Origin: Macrostomum lignano
Taxonomy: Eukaryota
Length of the DNA stretch: 64,000 nucleotides
Direction: 5' to 3'
Assembly (NCBI GenBank): GCA_002269645.1
Contig: NIVC01001980.1
Location: 147,677-211,676 of the forward strand
The position numbers and the translations under genes are program-made. The notes beneath the pieces are model-generated. The model had not been told where the DNA came from. It ran no database searches and was given only the letters and a program-made list of their open reading frames with translations. Below, piece by piece: positions 12,300-24,487 of the stretch; the stretch's first letter is position 1; every line of letters starts with the position of its first letter.

Positions 12300-13479
12300 A
12301 TTCCATTGTGTCAATGTCAAATGACAAATTTTTCGTATGCAAAGCATTTAATTTCAATGCACGTTTTCGAAAATGCGTGCCATTCCAATAGCAGCGGTTA
12401 CTAGAGTTAGCAGTTAAGATTGTCCAAGACTTATATGGATATACAAAACTTTTGAGTTCTTATAGCAATAAGGTTTTTATTTGTAGAAATCATCAAGTAA
12501 TTTTGGTCCTTTCAAAGAGCAATTTGGCTGTTGTTTACTTAGGCCTAGGCCTACTAGGCCCTAAGAATACTATTATCTGGCCTTCTTACTCTTTCAAGAT
12601 TTAGCTATACTATCTATAGGCCTAGCTGACTATATTCTATAATATACAGTAGGGGCCTATAAAATAAAATAAGTATTAGTAATAATGGTAGTTCCTAATT
12701 AAATAAGACCATTTATCTTAGTTTAGGGTACTACATGTGTATATATAGGAACTGATCAAAATGGTGACAGATCAAAAGGGCAACAATTAAAAGCATGCTT
12801 GGGCGCAACCTTGGGATTCACTCGGCCATTTCTATTGCCAACACACACACACATGTAAGTCGCTATTGGATGGAAAAGTAGTCACGTGACTGGTATCAGC
12901 CAATAGTGACTTACATGTGTGTATTGCCAATAGAAACAGCCAGGTGATTCCCAAAGTTGCGTATGTATGATTAAAAGGGTGATAGTCAAAGGGGCAACAG
13001 TCATAACAATTATAATTCCACATATATTATTAGACTTGTATTTGCCAAAATGTACATTTGCTAAAATTAATTTTGGTAAAATATATGCATCATTATAAGT
13101 AGGCCTAGTTTATAGGAATGAAGTTCAAGTTAAATAGGCAGTTTACAAAACATAACTATAATAATAACTTTGACTAAGTCTGGTCATGAAAACTGTTATA
13201 TAGGATAATTAATCAAAGCTTAGAATATAAATAAGATAATAGCAGCTGGAAATACCCGACCTTATCAGGTAAAGTTGTTTCTCTTTTAAATTACTTCTGG
13301 CCATAAATTATAATATGAATGAAAATTACAATGGTAATTCAAACTAGGTACAAATTCAAACTTAAACTAAAGATAAATATGCAAAATAAACTATAAAATT
13401 GCCAAAGAGCTTTTCCCTTTTATAGGATTTTATGAATTCCAACAATATATAATTTTTAGAAAGACAAAATGCTTAGCAC

Positions 13480-14054
13480 CCAGGTTGCGGATGGTATGCA
13501 TGTACGCCGGAACTTTTCCGGCGTACAAAACGGCCACCCTAAGTCCTTGGCGTACACAATCGGCGTACACAACCCCTGGTGCACTTTGTTGGCGTACACT
13601 ATTGGCGTACACAAGTAACACAGCCACGCATACTTTTTTGGCGTACAAATTTTGGTGAATAAATTCATGCCGTGCATGAAAATTGTAAAGTAAATTAACG
13701 TTTTTACGTAAAGTAAAGGAAAATTTATATCGTCAATGATAAACTTTTTGCTTATTTTAAGTTAAAAAAATAAAATTAGTGTAAAATTTTGCTGAAAGTA
13801 TTAATTTTTCATAATATTTTTTGTAGGTAGTATTTAAGTTTGTTTAAACTGAAAAAATTCGTAATATTTTAAAGACACTTTTCATACCAAAGCATTTCCT
13901 AGAAAACTCTACTCGTGAAAACCGAATGACCTTTTTTTAGGAATTTTTGGTGTACATTTTAGTGCAACTTTTTGTTTTTGGCATACACTGGCGTACAAAG
14001 TCCTTGACGCCCGAATTTTTTCCGGCGTACACGGGTACATGATCCGCACACTGG
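13480..14054. mobile_element. Non-autonomous DNA transposon with an 8-bp TSD (hAT- or P-type)
   Basis: TSD CTTAGCAC at 13472-13479 and 14055-14062. Imperfect TIRs CCAGGTTGCGGAT / ATCCGCACACTGG. Subterminal GGCGTACA repeats at both ends. Confidence 0.8.
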
Positions 14055-14799
14055 CTTAGCACTAACTAAGAAAGCTAATATTTTTTTACTTATTTGAGAT
14101 TAATACAGAAATATAGATCTGCTATTGGCAATACTATATAAGCTAAAAATTGGATAGAATCCCAATCCTTAGATCTTAGGATTCCTAGAAATTAGATTCT
14201 CATGAGATTAAGATCCTGACCCTTAAAAATTGGGTCCTATAGCTTCCCCATGATGCTACATGGCACAAGCTCATGCCAGTTGGATGCCCTAATGGCATTT
14301 ATAGAACATGGGTGGTAGGGCATGTTAACTGATTTTCAAAGCCACTTAATTTGCCCTGTTTTCAATGAATTTTGCATTTTCGTCTTCCTAGATAATCGTA
14401 GAGATGATGAAAATTCACATATCAGCTCTAGAAGTGCCTGCTTTCGGTGCTAGCATTGACTAGAAATAAGCTCCTATATCCATAATGTAATTGGGGTGAA
14501 AATTACCCTTTTTCAGAGTGTTGCATCTCAGAGTAGGATATTCTTTTTCTGATCAAACCAACATGAATATAGACTATATCTACTCTAACATGTGCCTACA
14601 AACTTTTACGTCTCCACATAATACTTAGGTGTCTCAAGATCGAAGCCAATCACCTTATATCCTAGTCCATCTGTGCAGTGTATAACTAGTGAATGAAGAC
14701 GCTGTCGTCTTCAAAGGTGGGACAATGGGTATATATTGTGTCCATTATTGTTTATGGCTATGACATCTATTTATTTAACCTAAATTGAGAGCTAAAAAG

Positions 14800-15545
14800 C
14801 CCCCCCCCCACGCCCCTGGCATTAGTTAGTCTAGTGGTATAGTGGGGGGGCTGGCCGCCCCCCCACGCCCCTGGCATTTATTAGTCTAGTGGTATAGTAG
14901 GGGGCTCGCCGCCCCCACTCCCCTGGCATTAGTTAGTCTAGTGGTATAGTGGGAGGCTGGCCGCCCCCCACGCCTCTGGCATTTATTAGTCTAGTGGTAT
15001 AGTGGGGGCTCGCCGCACCCCACGCCCCTGGCATTAGTTAGTCTAGTAGTATAGTGGGGGCTGGCCGCCCCCCACGCCCCTGGCATTAGTTAGTCTAGTG
15101 GTATAGTGGGGGCTAGCCGCCCCCCACGCCCCTGGCATTAGTTAGTCTAGTGGTATAGTGGTATAGTGGGGGGCTGGCCGCCCCCCACGCCCCTGGCATT
15201 AGTTAGTCTAGTGGTATAGTGGGGGCTGGCCGCCCCCACGCCCCTGGCATTAGTTAGTCTTGTGGTATAGTGGGGGCTGGCTGCCCCCCACGCCCCTGGC
15301 ATTAGTTAGTCTAGTGGTTTAGTGGTATAGTGGGGGGCTAGCCACCCCCCACGCCCCTGGCATTAGTTAGTCTAGTGGTATAGTGGGGGCTGGCCGCCCC
15401 CACGCCCCTGGCATTAGTTAGTCTAGTGGTATAGTGGGGGCTGGCCGCCCCCACGCCCCTGGCATTAGTTAGTCTAAGTGGTGTAGTGGGGGCTGGCCGC
15501 CCCCCACGCCCCTGGCATTAGTTAGTCTAGTGGTAAAGGGGGGCT
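14800..15545. repeat. ~52-bp tandem repeat with a GC hairpin per unit
   Basis: About 14 copies of CCCCCACGCCCCTGGCATTAGTTAGTCTAGTGGTATAGTGGGGGCTGGCCG. Confidence 0.92.
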
Positions 15546-15868
15546 GGCTCCCCCACCGCTCCACCACCCCTCGAGAACTTTTCCCACATCTAAACACGTC
15601 TTTGTAATATGTTACAACTATATTCTAGCCTTCAAACGACCAGACATCAAATACTTGCTTGCCGACATGTATCGTAATATACTTTTGCACTAACAATCAT
15701 ATGTGCCGCACTAAAAGATTCTCTGTTACTCTTTAAATACGTATAAAAAGAAAAATAAATTTAAATAAATGTAATTTAATTGTATAAAAAACATAATAGT
15801 TAGAGAAATAAAAATACTAAAAATCTGTTTGCTCTAAAAGAACTTTAAACTAAAATTTTTTTGAATCT

Positions 15869-15930
15869 CTTGGGAATCGAACCCTGCAGGACTCAATTAT
15901 ATGGAAACTAACTCTGCCACTGAGCCACAA
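15869..15930 (-). pseudogene. Degenerate tRNA-like / SINE-head fragment
   Basis: On the minus strand, A-box TGGCTCAGTGG and B-box GGTTCGATTCC with tRNA-like spacing. No intact cloverleaf. Confidence 0.45.
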
Positions 15931-18608
15931 ATTGCTTACTAAGTTGGCCTATAGTACACATATTTTATATCGAATATCGCTAATAACAGCCATTTCTACC
16001 ATTTTTGCTGCTTTTTCATACATTTCTGCTCGTTGCATCGCAACACTTCTACCTAAAAATACGAGTCGCATGTCGTTACAGAGATAACATCAAGGCGCAT
16101 TCATCCAATGCATTTTCAAATTATGTCAACAAATTTTTCGGCTGCTAGGCGCCAAAATATTAATTTTCACCTGTTCTGACAGGTAATCAAACAGGTATTA
16201 AGACCTGTTAACCTAAGAATCAGTTTTCAAAACTGATTTAGCTGCATAATGCATCCATAGTGCTGTTTTTAGACACCAAACTTGAGTCTCTAGGTCTCGC
16301 CAATGCAGAGTTATTAGCAAAAGTATGCTCAAAATTTGCCCGAAAATGGCCTACTCAAAATTTGGAGCCAATTTTCTCAAAAATACGAATTTTCCAGCCA
16401 TATTGGCGTATGACCGGTGAAACTTTAGCTATTCGACTAAACAATATTGAAAATGCAGAAAAATCGGTTCGCAAAATTTCTTATTTTTCCACTCCAAAGT
16501 TTGTACCCCCAAATGGGCCGTTTTTCACTTAACAGGTAAAAAGTACCTGTTAACAGGGGTTTTTTCAGGAGTGTCTTATGTCATTCAAAAGGGCATCCGA
16601 TGGGCTACAATTTGACACTACACTCGAAAAAATTCGCCCCATTTTAAAAAATTTTTCTTAACAACGTCTGATTTTCTGCAGAGCCCCGGCCTCTTTTTTC
16701 CCCGGTTTCCGGGTCACTGCTCCGCACAGGTAGGTCCAAATGCTTAGAAAATTCAGGAAAACAAATTTTCATATGTTTGACACATTGTGTTAAAGTCTCA
16801 ACACCGTAGCATAAAACACTTTCTTATTTTTTGGGACTACTTTTAAAAAACGTGACCCAATTTTTCGAAAATGTCGTTTTTAGGCACTCTTTGGCACCTG
16901 GGCAGTTTATTGATGGCCCAATCGGCCAAATCTCGATGTTTCCGATTAAAAGACATCTATTTGAGTTATTTGGTATGCAAAACAGCAAAAATAAAGTTTT
17001 CCATCTCGACACCATAGGCCTCACAAAAGTGCACTAAAAATTTGTACTTTTAAACAGCAGATAGGCAGCCATGTGAAAAGTACATTTTAGCCCTAAAAAC
17101 TATAGCGCATCAAACAGCCCCAGGTGTTATTGACGCTATGAGGCAGCTCAAAGGCCGCGCTATCGCGCGTCCTTTTCGCTGCGGTAAGGCAAAGTTGAAA
17201 AAAATGCCAAATTTTCGACCTCAAAAAACACGTTTTTTGTACTTTTAGCCTAGACGTTAAAGTACAATCAAAAAATCCATTTCGGATCATTGTAGCGTTT
17301 GAATGCCCGCGCTTACTGAGCCCACTCGCTAAGCGCTGCCATAATTTCCTGCCGCTGTAATTAAGATCAAAGTTTTTGAAAAAGTTGAAAAAACGCAGTT
17401 TTTGGTTGCCATGGCAACCAAAACGCGTCGCTATGGCAACCAAACACTGCGGCTCTGGTAGCCCCAAGTCTTTGACGCATTTTGGCAAAAACCGTTTGTA
17501 AATTGGTCGTACCGTTTTTTATTGGCAGCGTTTAAAAGTTGAAAAATGTCATTTTAGTGTATGACATATGGCCCACATCTTATCAGGGACGATTTCGCAA
17601 AAGTAAGCAGTATAGAAAAAAATTCTCGCTTCGCTCGCCTTTTTTTCTATACTACTTACTGGCTCCATCGTCCCACAACTAGTGAAAATCACTCTTTCTA
17701 TTGAGCATACTGCAGTTTTCCCACAGTTTGTGCCTTGAAATTCAAACTTTCAATATTCTTTAGATAGTTATTTAAAGTATTGACTACTAAAGAGTGACCT
17801 TTTAAAGTGCATTTTCAGCTGCCTGGGCTATACTAAGGTGCCTGGCAGATTCAATGGAAAGAATATACATAGAAAATGGATATTCTTTTCTATTCTTTTC
17901 CGCCTGGCCATCTTCAACATGAGAGACGCAGCAATTCCCTAGCAACTCATGGATTGCCTGCAACCAGCCGCAGTCTCAGAATCAATCAATAATTAATAGG
18001 TGAAGTGGCCAAAATATTTTTCATTAAAGTAAGAAATGAAAAGAATAACAAGACAATTTGATTTTTTTCTCACTAAAGTTTGATGAATCAGCTGAGCAAT
18101 TCAGCTTGGTGCAACTCCTTATTTTGATGAGCTGGTTGCTTTGGAACAAAATTTTAAACCTGGATTTAGAAAATATTTAGTTTGGCTTTTTTAACTGCAG
18201 AATAGCATACTACTTAGTGCAGCTGCTGAGCAGTAGAGTAGGCTAATATTAATATAATATCTATTAAAAAGACACTTGGAATTCAGCAGCGCGTGTTGGC
18301 ACCAAATAATCAGTCAGTGATAGTGATAGGAGAGTCAGAGTGACAGGGAAGTCAGTGATAGGAGAGTCAGGGTGACAGGGGAGTCAGTTAAAGTGACAAG
18401 GGAGTCAGTTAGGGTGACTGGGGAATTGGGTAGGGTGACTACAAGGATGAAGAAAGTTGGTAACAAGATTATTTTACCTTGTAACATAATGATTCACTGA
18501 AATAAAAGTGAGCATATATTTTTGTGTAGACAATTGTTTAAAGTTGGTACATGGACCCGTGAATTAAAAAGGCAACTTTTAACACAAGAAAAACTTTGCA
18601 AATGTGAC

Positions 18609-19861
18609 TTAAACTGCGGGAAAGGAACGAGGCAAGACAAGGGATGGCGCGAAATGGAACCTCTGCTGGTCAAAAAAAAGGCAGCCAATGAATTATTTAT
18701 TTCTTGCAAAAGATTTCATAGCCAAATGAGAAAAAAAAGCTAAAAAAAATCTGAGCAAACACGAACGCACGGCAAACAAGCAGAGGACCGGACTAATTAT
18801 GAAATCAAGCTAGCACCCCCGCGACCCCCCGCCCCCGCAGCACATGCCACCCCGCACACACCCGCCCCAGCCAAGTGAGCCCCTCCCCCCGCAGTTTAAA
18901 TGCCCTTACCACCAACACAATGGCAAGGGTAACATTAAACCGTGGGGAAAGGAACGAGGCAAGACAAGGGAGGTGCAAAACGGAACCTCCAAACCCAAAC
19001 TGGAGAACGGATAGAAACGGAGACAGGAGTAAAAGAAAAGACACCGGGAAACTAAAAGAGCGGAGAAGCTAATGCCAGCACAGACACAGTTAGACAGCTA
19101 AACAGTTAGAACATAGCCTGCACTGCAGCCCCAATGCGACGAACAGCACGGCTGGCCACCTGCGGCTGCTGGCCTGCATAGAGATGCACTGCATCACTCT
19201 TCCAGTCGCCAATGGCTTTGATATCCTCGATCGCAATGCCTGAATGCCTGGCAAAGGTGGCGCCGCCTTGGCACAGGCTGTGCATTGAAAAGTGGTTTCT
19301 CGGAAGGCCAGCCTGGTGAAAAAGCTGGGACAACTCGCGCCGGACATGCGCTGCAGTTAAGCTCATCCAGCTTCCTGCTGACTGCAGGGTCAAGAACAGA
19401 GGCTGCGAAGGAGGTGCAATGTCTAGTGAATTCCGGCTGAAATGATGATGGAGCGCACAAAGCGGACACAGCGGAGCAGTTGCACTCTTGCAGATGCAGG
19501 GCAGAAGAACGACATGGTGGTGCTCTCCGAATTGATTCGTCTTGGACAGGCGAACAGAAATCCGAGCCTCCTTGATGCCCAGGCAAAGATTGCTGATCAG
19601 CACCGCCATGCCGACGTTTGCCCGGCTGACAGAGCAGAGATTGGCCGCCCGCAGCATGGCCCACCAGCCAAAAAAATCTGAGCAAACACGAACGCACAGC
19701 AAACAAGCGGAGGACCGGACTAAATATGAAATCAAGCTAGCACCCCCACAACCCCCGCCCCCCGCAGCACACGCCACCCCGCACGCACCCGCCCCAGCCA
19801 AGTGAGCCCCTCCCCCCGCAGTTTAAACGCCCTTACCACCAACACGGTGGCAAGGGTAACA
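18609..19861 (-). mobile_element. Internally deleted Ngaro-like (DIRS order) tyrosine-recombinase retroelement
   Basis: Split direct repeats A (19670-19861 and 18743-18934, ~192 bp) and B (18935-18989 and 18609-18663) in the order A1-YR-B1-A2-B2 on the minus strand. No gag or RT is present. Confidence 0.75.
19106..19669 (-). pseudogene. Tyrosine recombinase catalytic domain (Ngaro/DIRS type) with the second catalytic Arg lost
   Basis: WAMLRAANL...SKTNQFG...LCPLCAL...PLF...HFSMHSLCQGGATFA...IKAIGDWKSDAVHLY. The HxxR motif reads HSLC. Confidence 0.85.
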
Positions 19862-20286
19862 GAATGAGTCTAGGCGTAAGCAGAGCTAAAATACAGTTTA
19901 GAAATTCTGATTGACTTGAAAAATCATAGTATCAGGTGCTAAGCAGCCCGAAGTCACAACACAACAAACACAACCGCAATAATCTATACAAAAAATGAAG
20001 AAAAAACTCATGGTTACGTTATATTTTTCAGAAAGATTTTGCAATCAAATTTACCATCTTAAGATCTATACCTTTGATAATTCCTATGCTATCAATTATG
20101 CTATTTGGTTGAGATTTATCTACCTTCAGCAGCACAGATGAGCTCCCCTTCATAGTCGCTTATCTGTTCCAACCACGGCTGATGGTGTCACAATCCTTTG
20201 CCTTGTGGTATTCTTTGTCAAGACCCAAAATGTCATGATATTGGATTCTCAGAAATATCAGTCGACGCAAAAAGCCCACATCCCCA

Positions 20287-20530
20287 GGGGTGACTCTGGG
20301 GAATGGTTAAAGGTGACTCTGGGGAATGGTTAAGGGTGACTCTGGGGAATGGTTAAGGGTGACTCTGGGGAATGGTTAAAGGTGACTCTGGAGAATGGTT
20401 AAGGGTGACTCTGGGGAATGGTTAAGGGTGACTCTGGAGAAGGTTTAGGATGACTCTGGGGAATGGTTAAGGGTGAATCTAGGGAATGGTTAAGGGGGAC
20501 TCTGGGGAATGGTTAAGGGTGACTCTGGGA
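20287..20530. repeat. 23-bp tandem repeat (GGGTGACTCTGGGGAATGGTTAA)n
   Basis: About 10 copies are visible. Confidence 0.92.
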
Positions 20531-21036
20531 ACTATTAATAGCTTTATTTTAGGCCTTATATAGTTGCATGCAACTGTGTAATCATAAATTAAAGGTCATG
20601 CTTCAATATTTTAAATTTTAAATAAGACTTAAAATAAAGCTATAAGTTGGGCAGTCTGCTAAGGGTGTAAGGGCAATTCTAGGACAGATCTCAGGGATTC
20701 TAGAGTGATTTCAAAAGTGTTTAACCTGCTTCAAAGATAACTCTGACAGAATTAACAAGGAAATGTTTGACAAAAAGCTACATAATTATGATTACTAACA
20801 GTCTAAGTCAGTCAGAAGCACAGTGGAATATTGACACAAAAACAAGATAAAATAGCTAAAATAAGAAACTACTAAACTGCTATTTAATTAATAGCAGTAT
20901 ACTTTCTCCTTTCCCCCTCTCTTGTCCCTTCTCATCTCTTCTCCCCCTTCCCTTCTCTTGTCCCTTCTATCTCTTTTCTCTTCTCCTCAATCCCTTCTTT
21001 TCTTTCTTCTTAAAAAGTCAATTTAAAAAGTCAACT

Positions 21037-21906
21037 TTATTCACTTTGTAGCCTTTGTAGCATGCTCTCATTCATAAACATGGCGTTTTCATTCTCCTGC
21101 AGTTCTCCAAGTAGCAATATTGGCTGACTTTGGATTAAACCAGTTGCCTGCATCACTTGAGGAAGTTCGTTACCCGTACTTGGCAAACCAAACGTCACTC
21201 AATGCTGACTAATAGGGAGCAGTAATGATTTGTCATCCTCAGACACATCAGATGTGTTGGGCTGATAAGAGGTGTCTGCTAATAGCTCGTTTGCTATAAC
21301 AGACGATGAAGGCCTTGAATTCTAGTAATAATTAACAAACTTTAATTCCCCAGCATCTTTTAAAGTATTCAAGGTAGTGACACACTCGAATTTACTTAAA
21401 TGATGAGGACACTGAATGTTAGGAATGAACATTCCAATGGCTAGCTGTGTTTTATTTTTTGTGTCACACTCTAGTCTCTTCCAAGGAATTTTACCTTGAT
21501 GACCAGCATTTTCAAAAGCTTTTTCCTGCAGAAAGAGCCTCAATGATTTTACATCTTTACCCAATGAAGCACATTGAGCACTGGTAGCATACACAATACT
21601 GGAAGGACCTGCAGCACTTGTAGCAACTGCGGCACTGACAGCACTTGAAACAGCAAGTTCTGCCTAATACTGTTTAGCTCCCTTGTCAATCACTTGCGCT
21701 AGTGCATCAATTGCAGCCAAGAGCTCAGTTTGAATGGAAGATGAAATACCAGGTGGGATAAAGTATTTCCTGCTAGAACTTCCATTTGAAGCAATGACCA
21801 AGCAATAAGGCAGTGCTGTAGTGTTCAGTTCTTTTATGATTGTATTCAGCAGCTTAGGGCAAGATGCAGCTGCAACCCTCAGCAAGTTCTTTTGCTCAGA
21901 TGTCAA
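21037..21906 (-). pseudogene. Decayed ~290-codon reading frame of unknown function
   Basis: ORFs 21664-21906 and 21322-21594 and the sequence down to 21037 are in one frame, broken only by three single stops (TAG, TAG, TGA). Confidence 0.45.
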
Positions 21907-22979
21907 GGCCTTGTACTGAACTAGCAGATCTGGTGTCTAGTCTAAAAGGGAAATTTGATAATGAAAAGAAAAATCTTAATTACTACATTTTATTGAGGGT
22001 ACATCCACAAAACTTCCTTGATATTTCCATATACTCATTAGTAAAACTAATAATTTTCAGAGTTAATATTTATTGAAGTTTTCTTTAATCTTTTTGACAA
22101 AGGAAAGCACCCTGGTACAATTTTAGTATCAGAATGTGGGACTTTCATAGAGAGCCAAAAGACTTGTTACAAATATATTCTTTGTTTTTAAAAATTGCTA
22201 TGTTAATTTGTAATACATAAAATCAATTTTTATTAGAGAGATTAATAATTGGCCCTATTCCAACAATGGGCTCTGTTCTATTTGCCTGAGCTATTTACTA
22301 TCATCCAACCTTTTAATTACTCAATCCTATAGCTATAACTAAACCATTATTATTTTGCTATTGATCTAGCTATCAAACCAATAACAACTAGAAATAAACA
22401 CTTTGTTTCAAACTTTTTAAAATAAGAAGTAAAACAAATTGAAGATAAACAATAGACTTTTCATATAAAATTTTAGATAAACTTTTGGAATCAAATCTAT
22501 ATATATAAGCCTTTGAAGCACCTATTTAAAAATTCATATATTGAAGACTGGAATCCATTTTTATTTAGTTTTAAACTACCTACTAACAAAGTTACAAACC
22601 ATTTCAAACCAAACATAGTCATAGATCAACTAACTCACGTGGTGAACCATTCTGTTGCAGAAATTCTTGGGCCGCTATGTAAACCATTCTTGGCTTTCTT
22701 TAAGTCTAAATTTTTATGGAGCTCAAAACTCGACAGCTTTGTATAACCATATAAGCTTCAACAATCTCTGATATAACCTGACTATCTCTGTCTGATTATA
22801 TATCTGATTATAACCATTATAAGCTTTGTATAACCACCGTGGGCTCACTGATGAGTTTTCCAAAATATGCATTGAAATTGTTTTTAAGAATAAAATGCTT
22901 TGTAATAAACTAAAACCTCGCATAACTATAATAGTACTAATAATAAAAGTGCATTTTTGCAAATAATTAGTTTTGCAAA

Positions 22980-23441
22980 ATTCCCTTTGTTATTGTTTCT
23001 CATTTCCAGCAGTGCAAGTTCAAATTATGATATACGGTAAGATGCATAGGAGATCAGCAGTGTCAAGTTGTAGTTTGCACTTCTTTACGAGCCATTCTGT
23101 ACCCCAAAATGATGGACTTAGCACATGAAATTTTACTCAATAATAGATAAAGAAATTCTGCACCAGCTGTACTTTACAAAATATTGAGTAGTTGCTAAGA
23201 TATTGATGCTTCAATTTTGGTGAATTTACAGTGCTCTTCAAACTAGTGTAAATAACTTTTTAGTCCAGTCCACGGGGCCGCTTGACTAGTCAAGGTCAAT
23301 CCACTCCATGGCTCAGCATGAATGCATTTTTTAGTCAGGTCCATGGGGCTGCTTGACTAGTCCAGCTCAATCCACTCCACAGCTGTGTGGATCCACGTGA
23401 CTAGTCAGGTAATTATTCTATAGTGGACTATCTGACTAGTC
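22980..23441 (-). repeat. Right copy of the long inverted repeat (partner at 11130-11499), with a ~110-bp insertion
   Basis: The reverse complement reads GACTAGTCAGATAGTCCACTATAG...CCGTATATC...AAACAATAACAAAG. Confidence 0.85.
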
Positions 23442-23982
23442 GGGTGCAATGGGCTGCGCTTGCAGTCAGCCACTGCTCTCTCCCTTTGCTCCGGGGTTTT
23501 CGCTCCGCTTCTTGCAGGCCCCTTAGCCATTGTATTCAATTGCTTTTGTCACACTAAATATAAGCAGCTACCAATACCAATCCAAACCTAACCATCAATT
23601 CATACCAAATCTGAAATCTGAAATTTACGCTAAGGGAAGTCTGCTGTTGGCTCTAGATTATTAAATTTAACCGCTACATAAACCATACATCTTCTCACCT
23701 TTATTCATCACATTCGGTTAATTTCGAGTTATCGTGCATCACGACGGCTTTGCTGCAATTAAAATGAATTTATCTATTGTACGGAGTGTATATTGTTACT
23801 GCATTTATTTTGATGTAAAAGTTTTGCACTGTAAAAACAAAGAAATCAAAGATGGGCAACAGGAGGGTATAAAAGTGAATGTGGCAGTTTTTACTTACTG
23901 CTTTCTAGTATTGTATTATATTTTTTTTAATTGAATGTATTTTTTCCACAAAACTGTATTGGATAAAAGGTTGGGAATAAAG

Positions 23983-24299
23983 AGGCTTTTCATATTCCCG
24001 ATTCTGTTTTTAGAACTGGTTCGATACTTTTCATTTTGCCGATTCTGTTTTCAGAATCAGTTCCAGAACCTTATTCCTTACATATTTCTATAGAAACAAT
24101 GAAAATTATTTAAAGTCAATTTAAATTCAAATATAACTTCAAAGGTAAAAAATAAATAACTTAGAAAAATAAACTATTAAAAATGTTAAGTAATTTTTCA
24201 CATAAAATAAAATTTACTCAATGCTTTTCATTTTCCTAGCGAATCTGGTTCTGGAATTAGAATTTACTCCGATTCTGGAGTAGACTTTGTGAAAAGGCT
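23983..24299. mobile_element. Degenerate MITE related to the Harbinger-like family at 11635 and 27099
   Basis: Ends AGGCTTTTCATATT / GTGAAAAGGCT and shared ATTCTGGTTCTGGAATT motifs. TSD is not clear. Confidence 0.45.
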
Positions 24300-24487
24300 A
24301 AAAGAGTCTGCAAAAATTAGATCAGTGTAGAAATAAGTTTGAAGAACTACAAAGGAGAAACGTTAATGTTAATAAACAATAATATAAGTTTTTTCTTTTC
24401 TTTCCAAGTGCAAAATGATTGATTTTAATGATGCTACTTAAGGCCAAGGATATTATATTAATTATATTAATATTATATTATATTAAT

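Noticed and set aside
15869-15930. Functional tRNA gene here or at 40500-40576
   Set aside because: A and B boxes are present, but the acceptor and anticodon stems do not pair. These are treated as SINE heads or pseudo-tRNA.
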